Position numbers and translations under genes: made by a program
Origin: Chloroflexota bacterium
Lineage (GTDB): Bacteria > Chloroflexota > UBA11872 > VXNJ01
Assembly (NCBI GenBank): GCA_965261345.1
Contig: OZ253449.1
Coordinates: 1,984,001 to 2,048,000, forward strand
Direction of reading: 5' to 3'
Length of the DNA stretch: 64,000 bases
Notes under the pieces: generated by a model
The model's database searches: none
What the model was told of the DNA's origin: nothing
The model's input: only the letters and a program-made list of their open reading frames with translations
Part shown: in pieces, positions 29,196 to 40,167 of the stretch
Numbering within the stretch: the first letter of the stretch is position 1
How the letters are laid out: each line of letters begins with the position of its first letter

Positions 29196-30596
29196 TTACC
29201 GGGTGGGCCGCATCGCGGCCAGCGCCGCGCCCAGTCCGTACAGCAATACCACCATCGAAAAGACCGCCAGGTATCCGTGGCGGGTTATCGCCTCCGGGGC
29301 TGTCACGGCGTTGCCGAGTCCTGTGGATGTGAGCACTACCGTGGTAAAGACCAGGCCCGCCAGCGTCTGGCCGGCCACTGCCGCAAACGACCGCATCCAG
29401 GCATTGGCGGCGCTGGCCAGCCCGATGTGGGCCGCGGCAACCGAACCGAGCACTGAACTGGCGTTGGGCGAGGCGAAAAGCCCCTGTCCGACGCCTGCCG
29501 CAAGCAGCCGCAATGCCACCGTCCAGGGTCTCGTTTCCGGCCCGACGAAGGCCATCGATAGCATTCCGACCGCCATCAGCACGAGGCCGGCCACGGCCGG
29601 GAGTTTTTCCCCGAATCGGTCAGCTAGCGCACCCGCCCGGAATGCCACCACGACCGCCCCGAGCGGGTAACTGGCAACTATCAGTCCGGACAGCTGCGGG
29701 CTAAGGCCCAGCTGCCGCTCGAGCAGAAACGGAGTGATCAGCGTGTGGGCGCCGATCGCCGCGAACCCGGCGATACCCGATCCAATGCTCAACGCAAAGC
29801 GCGGTTCAATCACCACCCGCAAGTCGACCAGCGGCCAGCTGATGGCGCGCTGGCGCCGGATGAATCCCACCAGACCGCCCGCCGCCACGGCAGCGCTCGG
29901 GATTACCAACAGACCGGATGGACCCGCGACCGCAACCTGATTGATCGCCAGGGTCAGGGCGGCAATCCACAGCGCCAGCAGCCCCGCCCCTGCCCAGTCG
30001 AATTGTCCCTGCTGGGTGTTACCGGGCACCGCCGGCAGGAACTTTCGCCCCAGCATAATTGCCGCCAAAGCCATCGGAACGGCCACCAGGAAAACCAGGC
30101 GCCATCCCAGCAGCCCGGATATCAGACCGCCGAGGATCGGCCCGGTCAACATGCCCAGGGCGATTACAGTCCCGTTGACCCCCATCGCCCGGCCGCGCAT
30201 ACCGGGCGGAAAGGCCTGGCCCAACAGCGCCCAGGCGCTGGAGGCAATAAGCGCCGATCCGGCGCCCTGGACGATGCGTGCGATCACCAGCACAGAAAGG
30301 GTGGGGGCCGACGCCGCCAAAACCGCAAACATGGCGTAAACGAGCAGGCCGGCCCGGGCCAACTGCGGCCTGCCTAGGCGATCGGCCAGACGACCGAGCG
30401 GAATGAGAAGACAAGCACTGGCCAGCAAAGGGGCTAGGTTGACCCATTGCGCCACGGACAAATCGATCGCCATTTCGCGGGCGATTGACGGGGTGGCGAC
30501 GACGACGGCGGCGGTATCGGCGGTTACCATAAAGACCGCCAGAGCGATCACTGCGGCGCGCGGCCAATTGGGTCGATCAGCCGAAGTTGGCGGCAT
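29196..30596 (-). CDS. MFS transporter, DHA2-like 14-TM (copy 2)
   Basis: GRLADRLGR, ARIVQGAG, RGRAMG, GPILGG. Confidence 0.9.
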   Translation of the reverse strand: MPPTSADRPNWPRAAVIALAVFMVTADTAAVVVATPSIAREMAIDLSVAQWVNLAPLLASACLLIPLGRLADRLGRPQLARAGLLVYAMFAVLAASAPTLSVLVIARIVQGAGSALIASSAWALLGQAFPPGMRGRAMGVNGTVIALGMLTGPILGGLISGLLGWRLVFLVAVPMALAAIMLGRKFLPAVPGNTQQGQFDWAGAGLLALWIAALTLAINQVAVAGPSGLLVIPSAAVAAGGLVGFIRRQRAISWPLVDLRVVIEPRFALSIGSGIAGFAAIGAHTLITPFLLERQLGLSPQLSGLIVASYPLGAVVVAFRAGALADRFGEKLPAVAGLVLMAVGMLSMAFVGPETRPWTVALRLLAAGVGQGLFASPNASSVLGSVAAAHIGLASAANAWMRSFAAVAGQTLAGLVFTTVVLTSTGLGNAVTAPEAITRHGYLAVFSMVVLLYGLGAALAAMRPTR

Positions 30597-30662
30597 TTCC
30601 TCGCGGTCGGGCGATCCGGTCAATCCGACTCCGAATGGCTGGTGCCGATCGCCGGCCGCCAA

Positions 30663-32090
30663 TCAAATTTGATCGGGAGTAACCACCCGGCCGCGGGTCG
30701 AGGCCAGAACCGCCCCGATGGCAAACAACGCCGCGGTCGCACCATATACCGCCCAATAGCCGTAGCGCGCGGTCTCAAACGGTGCGCTGAGGGCATCGTT
30801 GACCCCTTCGAAGGAAAGCACTACGGCAGCAAATACAAGTCCAAAGACAGCCTGCCCAAGGACGAAACCGAAGGTCCGCATCCAGGCGTTGAAAGCACCC
30901 GCCAGGCCGATTTGCGAACGCGGCAGCGAGCCCATGATGGAGGACGAATTGGGCGACATAAACAATCCCTGGCCCAACCCGACAAAAAGCATTCTGGCAC
31001 CCGCTTCCCACACTGACGACCCGGGACCGAGGGTCAGCATCGAAGCCACGCCTACGGCCATCATCAGCAGTCCCGCGGTCGCCGGCAGGCGAGGGCCGTA
31101 GCGGTCCACGAAAGCCCCGGCGCGAAACGCCAGCAGAACTGCCCCAACCGGCATCAGGGCCAGCAGCAGGCCGGCGGTGGGGGCCGAGAAGCCCATCACG
31201 TCTTGGAAGAGGAAGGGGGTCAGTAGCACGTGGCCGGAGATTCCAATGAACGTGATGAACCCGATTCCGATGGAAAGCGAGAACATTCGCACCTTAAAAA
31301 CCCGCAGATTGACCAGCGGGTTGGTGGACCTTAGCTGGCGCACCAGGAAAACTGCCGCCATCAACACCGCTGCCACGATAGCGACGACGATCAGCGGATC
31401 ACTCCAGCCGCGCACCGAGCTTTGATTGAGGCCGTAGACCAGCGAACCGATCCAGCCGACCAGGAGCACCGCGCTCAGCCAATCAACCCTTACCCGGCCT
31501 TCGGGCAGGACTTCCTCTTTTAGCACCCGGAATCCGACCGCCAATGAGACCAGCGCGATCGGGGCCGCAAGCAGGAAGATGAAGCGCCAGCCAAAAAATC
31601 CGGTGATGAGTCCGCCGATGATCGGCCCCGAGAGCAGCCCCAGCGATACCACCGAACCATTCAGGCCCATGGCCCGACCGCGCATCACCGACGGAAAAGC
31701 GGTAACCATCAGCGCATTGCCGGTCGATTGCAGCATCGCGCCCCCGATGCTCTGGGCGACCCGCGCGGCCACCAGAATCGGCAGATTGGGGCTCAGCGCC
31801 GAGGCGATCGCAAAAACGCCGTACACCGCAAACCCGACCAACGCCAGGCGCCGCCGCCCGATCAGGTCCGAGAGCCGCCCGAAAAACAGAATCAGGCTGG
31901 CGGTGCCCAGCATGTAACCCAAGGCGACCCATTGAGCCTGCGGCAGGTCCACCCCGAGGTCGTGAGCTATTGTGGGCAGGGCCACGCCCACGCTGGAAAC
32001 ATCCGCGGTGGCCATAAATACCCCCAGGCCCACCACAACCGCCTGTGGCCAATGGGGCGCGGCCCGCTCAGTCGCCTGCCGGGTATTCAT
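30663..32090 (-). CDS. MFS transporter, DHA2-like 14-TM (copy 1)
   Basis: GRLSDLIGRR, RGRAMGLNG, GPIIGG; ATGA overlap with upstream ORF. Confidence 0.9.
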   Translation of the reverse strand: MNTRQATERAAPHWPQAVVVGLGVFMATADVSSVGVALPTIAHDLGVDLPQAQWVALGYMLGTASLILFFGRLSDLIGRRRLALVGFAVYGVFAIASALSPNLPILVAARVAQSIGGAMLQSTGNALMVTAFPSVMRGRAMGLNGSVVSLGLLSGPIIGGLITGFFGWRFIFLLAAPIALVSLAVGFRVLKEEVLPEGRVRVDWLSAVLLVGWIGSLVYGLNQSSVRGWSDPLIVVAIVAAVLMAAVFLVRQLRSTNPLVNLRVFKVRMFSLSIGIGFITFIGISGHVLLTPFLFQDVMGFSAPTAGLLLALMPVGAVLLAFRAGAFVDRYGPRLPATAGLLMMAVGVASMLTLGPGSSVWEAGARMLFVGLGQGLFMSPNSSSIMGSLPRSQIGLAGAFNAWMRTFGFVLGQAVFGLVFAAVVLSFEGVNDALSAPFETARYGYWAVYGATAALFAIGAVLASTRGRVVTPDQI

Positions 32091-32518
32091 AGTTGCCGGC
32101 AAAAATCCAATACCGCCGACAACAACAGCCCGGCGCGGTTGTCGACCGGCTCCAACTCCACCTGCCAGCTTCCAAGCGAGCGGTCGACAACCGCGCCGAA
32201 GGCCGCCAGATTGTCAATCAATTCCTCAATCTGACCGTCGTCGGCTCCCAATCTGCAAAGCCGCTTTGGCATGAACTGGATGTGTGGAGCGGTCGACCGT
32301 TGTCGCGGGGCGACTATCCGGGCGACGGGCGCACTGTTTTCGCCGTCTGCCCAGACCAACGCCAGACTGTTGAGGCGCACCCTTAAGGTGCCACCGCCCG
32401 CGAGCCAGCGCCCGGCCAAATCCACGACCAATTGACCGTGGCTGGCAAGATTTAAGTCAACCCAACTTGTCAGGCGTAGATCTTGCGGCGATGAAATCGC
32501 AGCCTGGAGCTTGGTCAA
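32087..32518 (-). CDS. Hypothetical protein
   Basis: 143-aa ORF filling the gap, ATGA-coupled to the MFS gene; no recognisable motif. Confidence 0.5.
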   Translation of the reverse strand: MTKLQAAISSPQDLRLTSWVDLNLASHGQLVVDLAGRWLAGGGTLRVRLNSLALVWADGENSAPVARIVAPRQRSTAPHIQFMPKRLCRLGADDGQIEELIDNLAAFGAVVDRSLGSWQVELEPVDNRAGLLLSAVLDFCRQL

Positions 32519-32578
32519 GTGGCAGCGAGTTAAATAAAACGTTACTCGCTAAATTTTGCGTTAGCTGACGGGGAGAGC

Positions 32579-33592
32579 ATGTACGGGATTGCAATTGCCG
32601 GCACCGGCTGGGTTGCCGCTGCCCACCTGGCTGCCATTGCCAATGACCCGCGCGGCCGGGTCGTCGCCGTGTCTGGGTCAACCCGCTCGAAGGCGATCGA
32701 CTTCTGTCGGCTGCACGGTCTGTCCGCAAGTCCCTACGGCGATTTTGAGCAGCTGCTTGCCGACCCGCGGGTCGACGTGGTCTTTTTGGCGACTCCAAAC
32801 AATCTGCACTCCCGCCAAACGATCGCCGCGGCCCAGGCGGGCAAGCACCTACTGATTGAAAAACCGGCGGCCCTGGACGTCGACTCGCTTGAGCGCTCAA
32901 TTGCCGCGGTGGAGCGGGCCGGAATAACCAGTCTGGTCGGGTTTGTGCTGCACTGGAACCCGATGTTTGACCTGATCAAATCGCAGCTCCGGGCCGACCT
33001 GTTAGGCCGAGTTTTCTATGCCGAAGTCAACTACTGGCACCAGGTTGGCGATTGGTATTCGGGATTCTCCTGGGCCAGGACCCGGGCCGGCGGCGGAAAC
33101 GCCCTGCTGTGCGCGGGCTGCCACGCGGTCGACGCTCTGCGCTACTTTACGGGTTCCGAGATAACCTCGCTTACGGCGCTTGCAACCGACGATGGCAGTG
33201 GTCACGAATACCCGTCGACGATGGTGTTCATATGCCAACTAAGCAACGCGGCAATCGGCAAGGTATCGGCCAGTCTCGGGGCGCACCTACCCTATCAATT
33301 TGACGTCGACCTGCTCGGCACCAAAGGATCGATTCGCAACAATCGCCTGTACAGCAAGGAATTCGAAGGCCTTCGCGGGTTTTCGTGCGCCGACGTGGAG
33401 TGCCCGAATACGGCCGAGGTCGCGTCACACCCGTTCAACGGTGAGGTGGCCCACCTGTTCGATTGCCTCGACGCCGGGGTCGATACACAGCTGTCGCTGC
33501 GCTCTACCCGCAACACTCACCAAGCCTGCATTGCCGCCGAAATATCGGCGAGCCAAGGTCGAACCGTCAGTCTGCCGTTAGAACCCGAATAG
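32579..33592 (+). CDS. Gfo/Idh/MocA family oxidoreductase
   Basis: IAGTGWVA, ATPNNLH, LIEKP, GCHAVD. Confidence 0.9.
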   Translation: MYGIAIAGTGWVAAAHLAAIANDPRGRVVAVSGSTRSKAIDFCRLHGLSASPYGDFEQLLADPRVDVVFLATPNNLHSRQTIAAAQAGKHLLIEKPAALDVDSLERSIAAVERAGITSLVGFVLHWNPMFDLIKSQLRADLLGRVFYAEVNYWHQVGDWYSGFSWARTRAGGGNALLCAGCHAVDALRYFTGSEITSLTALATDDGSGHEYPSTMVFICQLSNAAIGKVSASLGAHLPYQFDVDLLGTKGSIRNNRLYSKEFEGLRGFSCADVECPNTAEVASHPFNGEVAHLFDCLDAGVDTQLSLRSTRNTHQACIAAEISASQGRTVSLPLEPE

Positions 33593-33600
33593 AGTCCGGT

Positions 33601-34359
33601 TTACTGGCCCGCCGCCGACTCCGCCGAGCCCAGCAGTTCGCCCTCGTCGTCGTCCAGTTCCCGGTCAGATTTCGCGTTATCACCATTCGACTGCTCAGGG
33701 ATCAAATCGCGTTTGCTCCGACGAGCGTCGATAAGATCGGCCGCAGACTGCGAACTGGCTTCGGATACGCTGACGCCGGGGGCCAGCGCCAGGATTTCGA
33801 ACGCATTTCCGGCCGGCCGGAACACGCCGAGCTGGGTTATCAGCAATTTGATGGGGCGGAAGTTAAAACCCTTGGCGCTCTCAGGCAGCGGACCTAGCAA
33901 AGCGGGCTGTCCACCCGGCTGGGCGTGGTGGGCCAGCGCGATTAGGCGCCCGGCGCCGAATGCGATCTCCGGCAATAGACCTGGAGCATGGGCCTGACCC
34001 GCGCTCGGACCGGGCGGCTGGGCCTGCCCGTTGGCCGAAACCGATCCAACCTCGAGTACCCCCACGTCGACCCATCCGCGGCGGAGCAGGGCGGCCGCTT
34101 CCAGTGGTCCTTGCAGCGAACCGCCGGCAATTACCGCCACCCGTTCACCCTTAGCGTTCGGTTGGGTTCCGCGCCCGCGCCCGCGCCGGTCGGGGCCCGC
34201 GCCGACGATCCCGTTTTCATCAAGAACGACGACCGCTTTTTCGGCGAGTTGGTTGCGAATCATTTCCGGCAGTCCGGCCCCCACGATCACGACGTCATGG
34301 TGTTCAAGTTCGGCGGCCGCCTGCTGTGCGATTTCAGTGGGGCTCCAGGTCAATTTCAA
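33601..34359 (-). CDS. Family I CoA-transferase beta subunit (divergent)
   Basis: GAGLP, ENG, RRGWVD, LITQLGVF, LAPGVS. Confidence 0.75.
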   Translation of the reverse strand: MKLTWSPTEIAQQAAAELEHHDVVIVGAGLPEMIRNQLAEKAVVVLDENGIVGAGPDRRGRGRGTQPNAKGERVAVIAGGSLQGPLEAAALLRRGWVDVGVLEVGSVSANGQAQPPGPSAGQAHAPGLLPEIAFGAGRLIALAHHAQPGGQPALLGPLPESAKGFNFRPIKLLITQLGVFRPAGNAFEILALAPGVSVSEASSQSAADLIDARRSKRDLIPEQSNGDNAKSDRELDDDEGELLGSAESAAGQ

Positions 34360-35057
34360 TTTCCTCTAACTACGCCGCGTATAGTGATGCCCGGCGTGTC
34401 GACTGCCCCTGGATCGATGTCGCCTATCTCGTAGAGTTCGTCGACCTGGGCCAGGACCACCGGTGCTGCTGAGGCAACCACGGGGTTTGAGCTGACCAAG
34501 GCCCCCCGGTACGACAGATTGCCATAGCGATCGCCGCGCCAGGCCTTCACCAGTGCCAGATTGCCAACGATCGCCGGGGCGACGGCGTACTCTTGCTTGC
34601 CGACGGCCAGCTTGGCGGGCGCATCGCCCAATCCGGCGGCCAACGCCAGTGGGGCCAAAATTCCCCCGAGCCCGGCCCCGCCGGCCCGTACCCGCTCGAA
34701 CAGAATTCCCAACGGGCAAACCTGGATCTCAAGTTGCCCAGCGGAGGCGCCGTCGGTGTTCAATTGCCCGAGGCGGGCGGTAATCAACTTCTTGCAGCGG
34801 CCGGCCGCAATCAGCGCCTGAATTGAATCGTTGTCGGCATTGGCGCATACGATAGTCAACTCGTCGGCCGCGGTCGCCACCAACGCTTCGAGCAGTCGCA
34901 GTGGCTGGCTGGCTCGACTCTGGCCGCCCACCAGCACGATATCACCGCTGGCTGTTCCGGCCAGCGCGGCCTCGGCCGAGGTGGTTTTGTCGAGCAGCGT
35001 CGGCACCCGGAGGGCCGGCCCCAGGTAGCGGCCGCTGGGTGCCGAATCAGCCATCAC
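34356..35057 (-). CDS. Family I CoA-transferase alpha subunit (divergent)
   Basis: ERVRAGGAG, ALVKAWRGDRYGNL, IDPGAVDTPG. Confidence 0.8.
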   Translation of the reverse strand: MMADSAPSGRYLGPALRVPTLLDKTTSAEAALAGTASGDIVLVGGQSRASQPLRLLEALVATAADELTIVCANADNDSIQALIAAGRCKKLITARLGQLNTDGASAGQLEIQVCPLGILFERVRAGGAGLGGILAPLALAAGLGDAPAKLAVGKQEYAVAPAIVGNLALVKAWRGDRYGNLSYRGALVSSNPVVASAAPVVLAQVDELYEIGDIDPGAVDTPGITIRGVVRGN

Positions 35058-35078
35058 ATCGATCGCCGGGCCGGCGAG

Positions 35079-35513
35079 TTAGAGCCAGCGCCGAACGAGG
35101 GCCACGATCAGGCTGCTGCAACCCAGTGCCAGGCCGAAGGCGATCGCCGACCGGGTCCCCATGATCGCCTTGACCCGGCCGTTGACCGATCCGGCCACGA
35201 CCGCCAAGGCGAAGACGTTGCGGGCCTCGACCGCCCCGCCGACCACCCACTGGGCGATGCTGTTCTCCAGCTTCACGCTTCCGCCGCCGACCAGAATCGC
35301 CGTCGATTCTTTCATCGTGGTGTTGGCGGAAATAATTCCACCGGCGGCCGAACCGCTCAGGTTGGCTGCTTGGGGGTGAGCGATCGCGATCGCCGACAGA
35401 TCGGCATCGATCCGGGCCGCCCGGATCGATTGGGCCGCGCACATCTGCAAATTTACGTTTTCGGCAACGACGGAATCAATCGACCGCGAATGCTCACTGG
35501 CAATTGCAGTCAT
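35079..35513 (-). CDS. Hypothetical protein with 15-aa repeats and C-terminal TM
   Basis: 15-residue periodicity, hydrophobic tail ending RRWL; operonic position. Confidence 0.6.
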   Translation of the reverse strand: MTAIASEHSRSIDSVVAENVNLQMCAAQSIRAARIDADLSAIAIAHPQAANLSGSAAGGIISANTTMKESTAILVGGGSVKLENSIAQWVVGGAVEARNVFALAVVAGSVNGRVKAIMGTRSAIAFGLALGCSSLIVALVRRWL

Positions 35514-35543
35514 CTATCAGAACCTTCCGCGCCTCGGCATCGC

Positions 35544-36731
35544 TCAATGTTCATTTTCGCCCGCTTTGACCGCCGCCCGCCGGGCGGCTTCCATGACCGC
35601 CAGCAACGGGACGCGGTGGACCCGGGCCGCCTCCCGGGCGGCCTCGAATTCCGGCGCCGCTTGCCCTGGGAGATCGGCCGATACCTTGACCAGAATCGGC
35701 CCGTATGGGGTCCTGGCGGTTACCGTGGTCCGGGCAAGGGCGCGCCGCCGAAACTCGCGGTGACGGATTCCCAGGGTGCCGGTCTCGGCAAATATCGCCG
35801 CTTCGACCGCCCGGCGGTCGCCGGGGCGGCAAATTGCGCAAAGGGTAACCGCGGGTCGGAATTTTTTCATCTGGATCGGTATGAACCAGGTATCTAGCGC
35901 CCCGGCCGCAAAACAGCGTTCGGCGGCATAGCCGAGTACCTCTGGGCTCACGTCGTCGATATTGGTCTCAAGCACCAAAACGGTTTCGAGACCGCCGCCG
36001 TCCGAATCGGATTCCTGGCCCGCGACCAACCGAAGGACATTGGCCCACGGCGGGTTGGCGCTGCCGGCCCCGTAGCCGCTGGTTTGCGCCCGCATTGCTG
36101 GTAGCGGCCCAAAATCTTGGGCCAAGGTGGTAAGAATCACCGCCCCGGTGGGGGTCAGTAATTCGAGATTTGCCCCCGATGAATAGACCGGTGCGGCAGC
36201 CGCAGTCAGCAGTTCCAGGGTGGCCGGAGCCGGAACCGGCAGCAGACCGTGTTCGGTCTGGACCTGCCCGCTGCCGGTGTTGATCGGCGAAACAGTAATC
36301 GATTCGGCGTCTAACCATTGGGCGCCGATCGCCGCACCGACCAGATCAAGGATCGCGTCGACGGCCCCGACCTCGTGGAAGTGAACCTTTTCCACCGGCA
36401 TCCGGTGAACCTTGGCTTCGGCCGCGGCCAGCCGTTTAAAGAAGTCGATCGCCAACCGTTCGACCGCTGGATCCAGCCCGGCGGCGGAAACGATGTCTCC
36501 GATTTCGGCCAGGCCGCGCTGTGATTTGCCCGGCGGGATCTCGACCTGGAGCCAGGTTGCCCCGATCGCCCCGCGCATCACCTTGTGCGGGCGCATCGAC
36601 CAGTGACCGACCTGAAGCTTCTTTAGCTGCCCGTGCAATTCGGAAAACGGCATGCCGGCATCTAGGAGCGTGGCCAGGAACATGTCGCCGGCGGCCCCGG
36701 ACGATGCCTGCAGGAAGGCGATCCGCGCCAC
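35544..36731 (-). CDS. larC: Nickel insertase LarC
   Basis: SGAAGDM, AEAKVH, VHFHEVGAVD, PVPAPAT, TPTG, ETNIDD, MKKFRP. Confidence 0.93.
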   Translation of the reverse strand: MARIAFLQASSGAAGDMFLATLLDAGMPFSELHGQLKKLQVGHWSMRPHKVMRGAIGATWLQVEIPPGKSQRGLAEIGDIVSAAGLDPAVERLAIDFFKRLAAAEAKVHRMPVEKVHFHEVGAVDAILDLVGAAIGAQWLDAESITVSPINTGSGQVQTEHGLLPVPAPATLELLTAAAAPVYSSGANLELLTPTGAVILTTLAQDFGPLPAMRAQTSGYGAGSANPPWANVLRLVAGQESDSDGGGLETVLVLETNIDDVSPEVLGYAAERCFAAGALDTWFIPIQMKKFRPAVTLCAICRPGDRRAVEAAIFAETGTLGIRHREFRRRALARTTVTARTPYGPILVKVSADLPGQAAPEFEAAREAARVHRVPLLAVMEAARRAAVKAGENEH

Positions 36732-37475
36732 CTAAGCGACCTTGCCGCGCAGGATCAGGGCGGCCAGATATCCGGCCCCGAATCCATTGTCGATGTTTAC
36801 CACCGCCACCCCGGGGGCGCAGGAATTTAGCATCGTCAGCAGCGGCGTGATGCCACCCAGTGACGCCCCGTAGCCGACGCTGGTCGGGGTCGCGATCACC
36901 GGGGCGGCGGTTAAACCTGCCACAACCCCGGGCAGCGCGCCCTCCATGCCGGCCACCGCGATTACCACGTCGGCGCTCTCGAACTGATCCCGATTGGCAA
37001 GCAGCCGGTGTATGCCGGCGACGCCTACATCCCACAGGCGGGACACCCGGGCGCCCAGCGCCTCGGCCACCAGCGCCGCCTCAAGCGCCACCGGAATATC
37101 TGAGGTCCCGCCGGTCGCGATCACCAGTCGCCCGGGCAGGCTCGGTCGCTGCCCGGAGATAACGGTCCCGGCCGCCGGCTCCCAGATGGCTTCGGGTAGC
37201 GCTTGACATAAAGCCCGGGCGTGATCGGAGTCGGCACGGGTGGCGATCACCACCTCGCCGGCCGCCTGCAGCGCCAGTGCGATCCGGGCCGCCTGGTCGG
37301 GAGTCTTCCCCTCGCAGAAAATCGCCTCTGGAAATCCGGTTCGTGCCGAGCGCTGGTCGTCAACCTTGGCAAATCCCAGATCGGCGTAGGAGCTGCCCAG
37401 GCGGGCCGCCGCCGCCGTGACGGTCATTTTGCCGGCCGCAACCTGATCGAGCAATCGGAGTAACTCAGGTTCCAT
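36732..37475 (-). CDS. larB: Nickel-pincer cofactor biosynthesis protein LarB
   Basis: GTSDIPVA, DVGVAGIHRL, AGMEGALP, PTSVGYG, VNIDNGFGAG. Confidence 0.95.
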   Translation of the reverse strand: MEPELLRLLDQVAAGKMTVTAAAARLGSSYADLGFAKVDDQRSARTGFPEAIFCEGKTPDQAARIALALQAAGEVVIATRADSDHARALCQALPEAIWEPAAGTVISGQRPSLPGRLVIATGGTSDIPVALEAALVAEALGARVSRLWDVGVAGIHRLLANRDQFESADVVIAVAGMEGALPGVVAGLTAAPVIATPTSVGYGASLGGITPLLTMLNSCAPGVAVVNIDNGFGAGYLAALILRGKVA

Positions 37476-37481
37476 TGCCGG

Positions 37482-38885
<1,404 letters not shown>

Positions 38886-38945
38886 TCAAACACCGGGAAC
38901 CAGGGCCGGCGGACTGATCGGCCAACCCCGGCCGGCTGGGCCCGA

Positions 38946-40154
38946 TCAGACGGCCGAGGTCTGCGATAGCGGTCGGCTGCCGGCCTTGATGACATCGGTC
39001 TTCTGGGACATGAGCATTCCGAAGCCGCAACTGGCCAGGGCGATAACCGCGCCGCCGACGAATGGTACTACGTGGCCAAACTGCTCCCACAGGATGCCAC
39101 CGGAAATCGGAACCAACACCGCCGCGATGTGGTTCATCGTCTGTCCGGTAACCATCGTGGGACGCAGGTCAGATTGCTTGATCAGCATCTTCTTTCCAAA
39201 GGTGGCAATTGCCAGCGAGTTGGAGAAAAGCAAGTTGTCGAGAACGTACAGGGCAAAGAGCACGTTTACCGAATCGATTAGCGCGTAGCCGAGGAATACC
39301 AGGCCGATTAGGAACGTGGAGGGAACGAAGACCAGTCGTTCGCCGAAGCGGTCGATCCAGCGCCCGAAAATGTAGGACGCAAAAATCGAGACCACCTGGT
39401 TGACCAGGAACAGCGTGGTGATGATTGAAATCGGGGTTCCGTAGAGCTTGACCAAAGCGAACACGGCAAACGTCATAAAGATATGGCGACGTCCCCCGTT
39501 GAGTATCTGGAGCACGTAGAAAAGCCAGTACTGCCGACGGATGACGATCCGCTGTTCGGGCGGCCGCTCCTTGGATTTGATCGTGAACATGAGCAACCCG
39601 CCGACGGCGATCATGAGCGCTGAGAACAGGAACATCGGACGATAGCCGAGTCCGGCGGTGACAAGGTAGACAACCGCGATGCCGGCCAGGGCGGCGATGT
39701 TGCCCGATGAGCGCAGGATCCCCAGGCGGGTCCCTGCCTCGGCGTCATTGCCAAAGCGGAGGGCCAGTGACATCGAGAGCGGCGCCCAAGTGTGGAAGCC
39801 GATGCTCCAGACCAACGAAAAAATGATCAGGGAAGTTACTGAGTCGACGTGAAAGTAGTTGAGTACCCCAATGGCCATCAGGAGAAGGGCCAACCCGGCA
39901 ACCACCGGTTCGAGCAGCATCATCACCACCGCGGCCATGAGCACCGAAAGCAGGCCCGGCACCTCGCGTATGGTCTCCAGGATTCCGATCTGGAATGGCG
40001 AGATGCCGATTTCATCGACCGCGAAATTAGTAAAGATCGTGTTGTAGGCGAAAAAACCAAGTGAGTAGAACGCCCCGGCGACGATCAGCAACCGAAAGTT
40101 GTGGGATTGGCCAGGCAGCAGGCGCCGCCCGGTGCTTGTGAGCAACCAGCGCAT
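38946..40154 (-). CDS. MFS transporter (12 TM)
   Basis: IREVPGLL, GRWIDRFGER, about 12 hydrophobic segments. Confidence 0.85.
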   Translation of the reverse strand: MRWLLTSTGRRLLPGQSHNFRLLIVAGAFYSLGFFAYNTIFTNFAVDEIGISPFQIGILETIREVPGLLSVLMAAVVMMLLEPVVAGLALLLMAIGVLNYFHVDSVTSLIIFSLVWSIGFHTWAPLSMSLALRFGNDAEAGTRLGILRSSGNIAALAGIAVVYLVTAGLGYRPMFLFSALMIAVGGLLMFTIKSKERPPEQRIVIRRQYWLFYVLQILNGGRRHIFMTFAVFALVKLYGTPISIITTLFLVNQVVSIFASYIFGRWIDRFGERLVFVPSTFLIGLVFLGYALIDSVNVLFALYVLDNLLFSNSLAIATFGKKMLIKQSDLRPTMVTGQTMNHIAAVLVPISGGILWEQFGHVVPFVGGAVIALASCGFGMLMSQKTDVIKAGSRPLSQTSAV

Positions 40155-40167
40155 TTACTGAGTGGCC

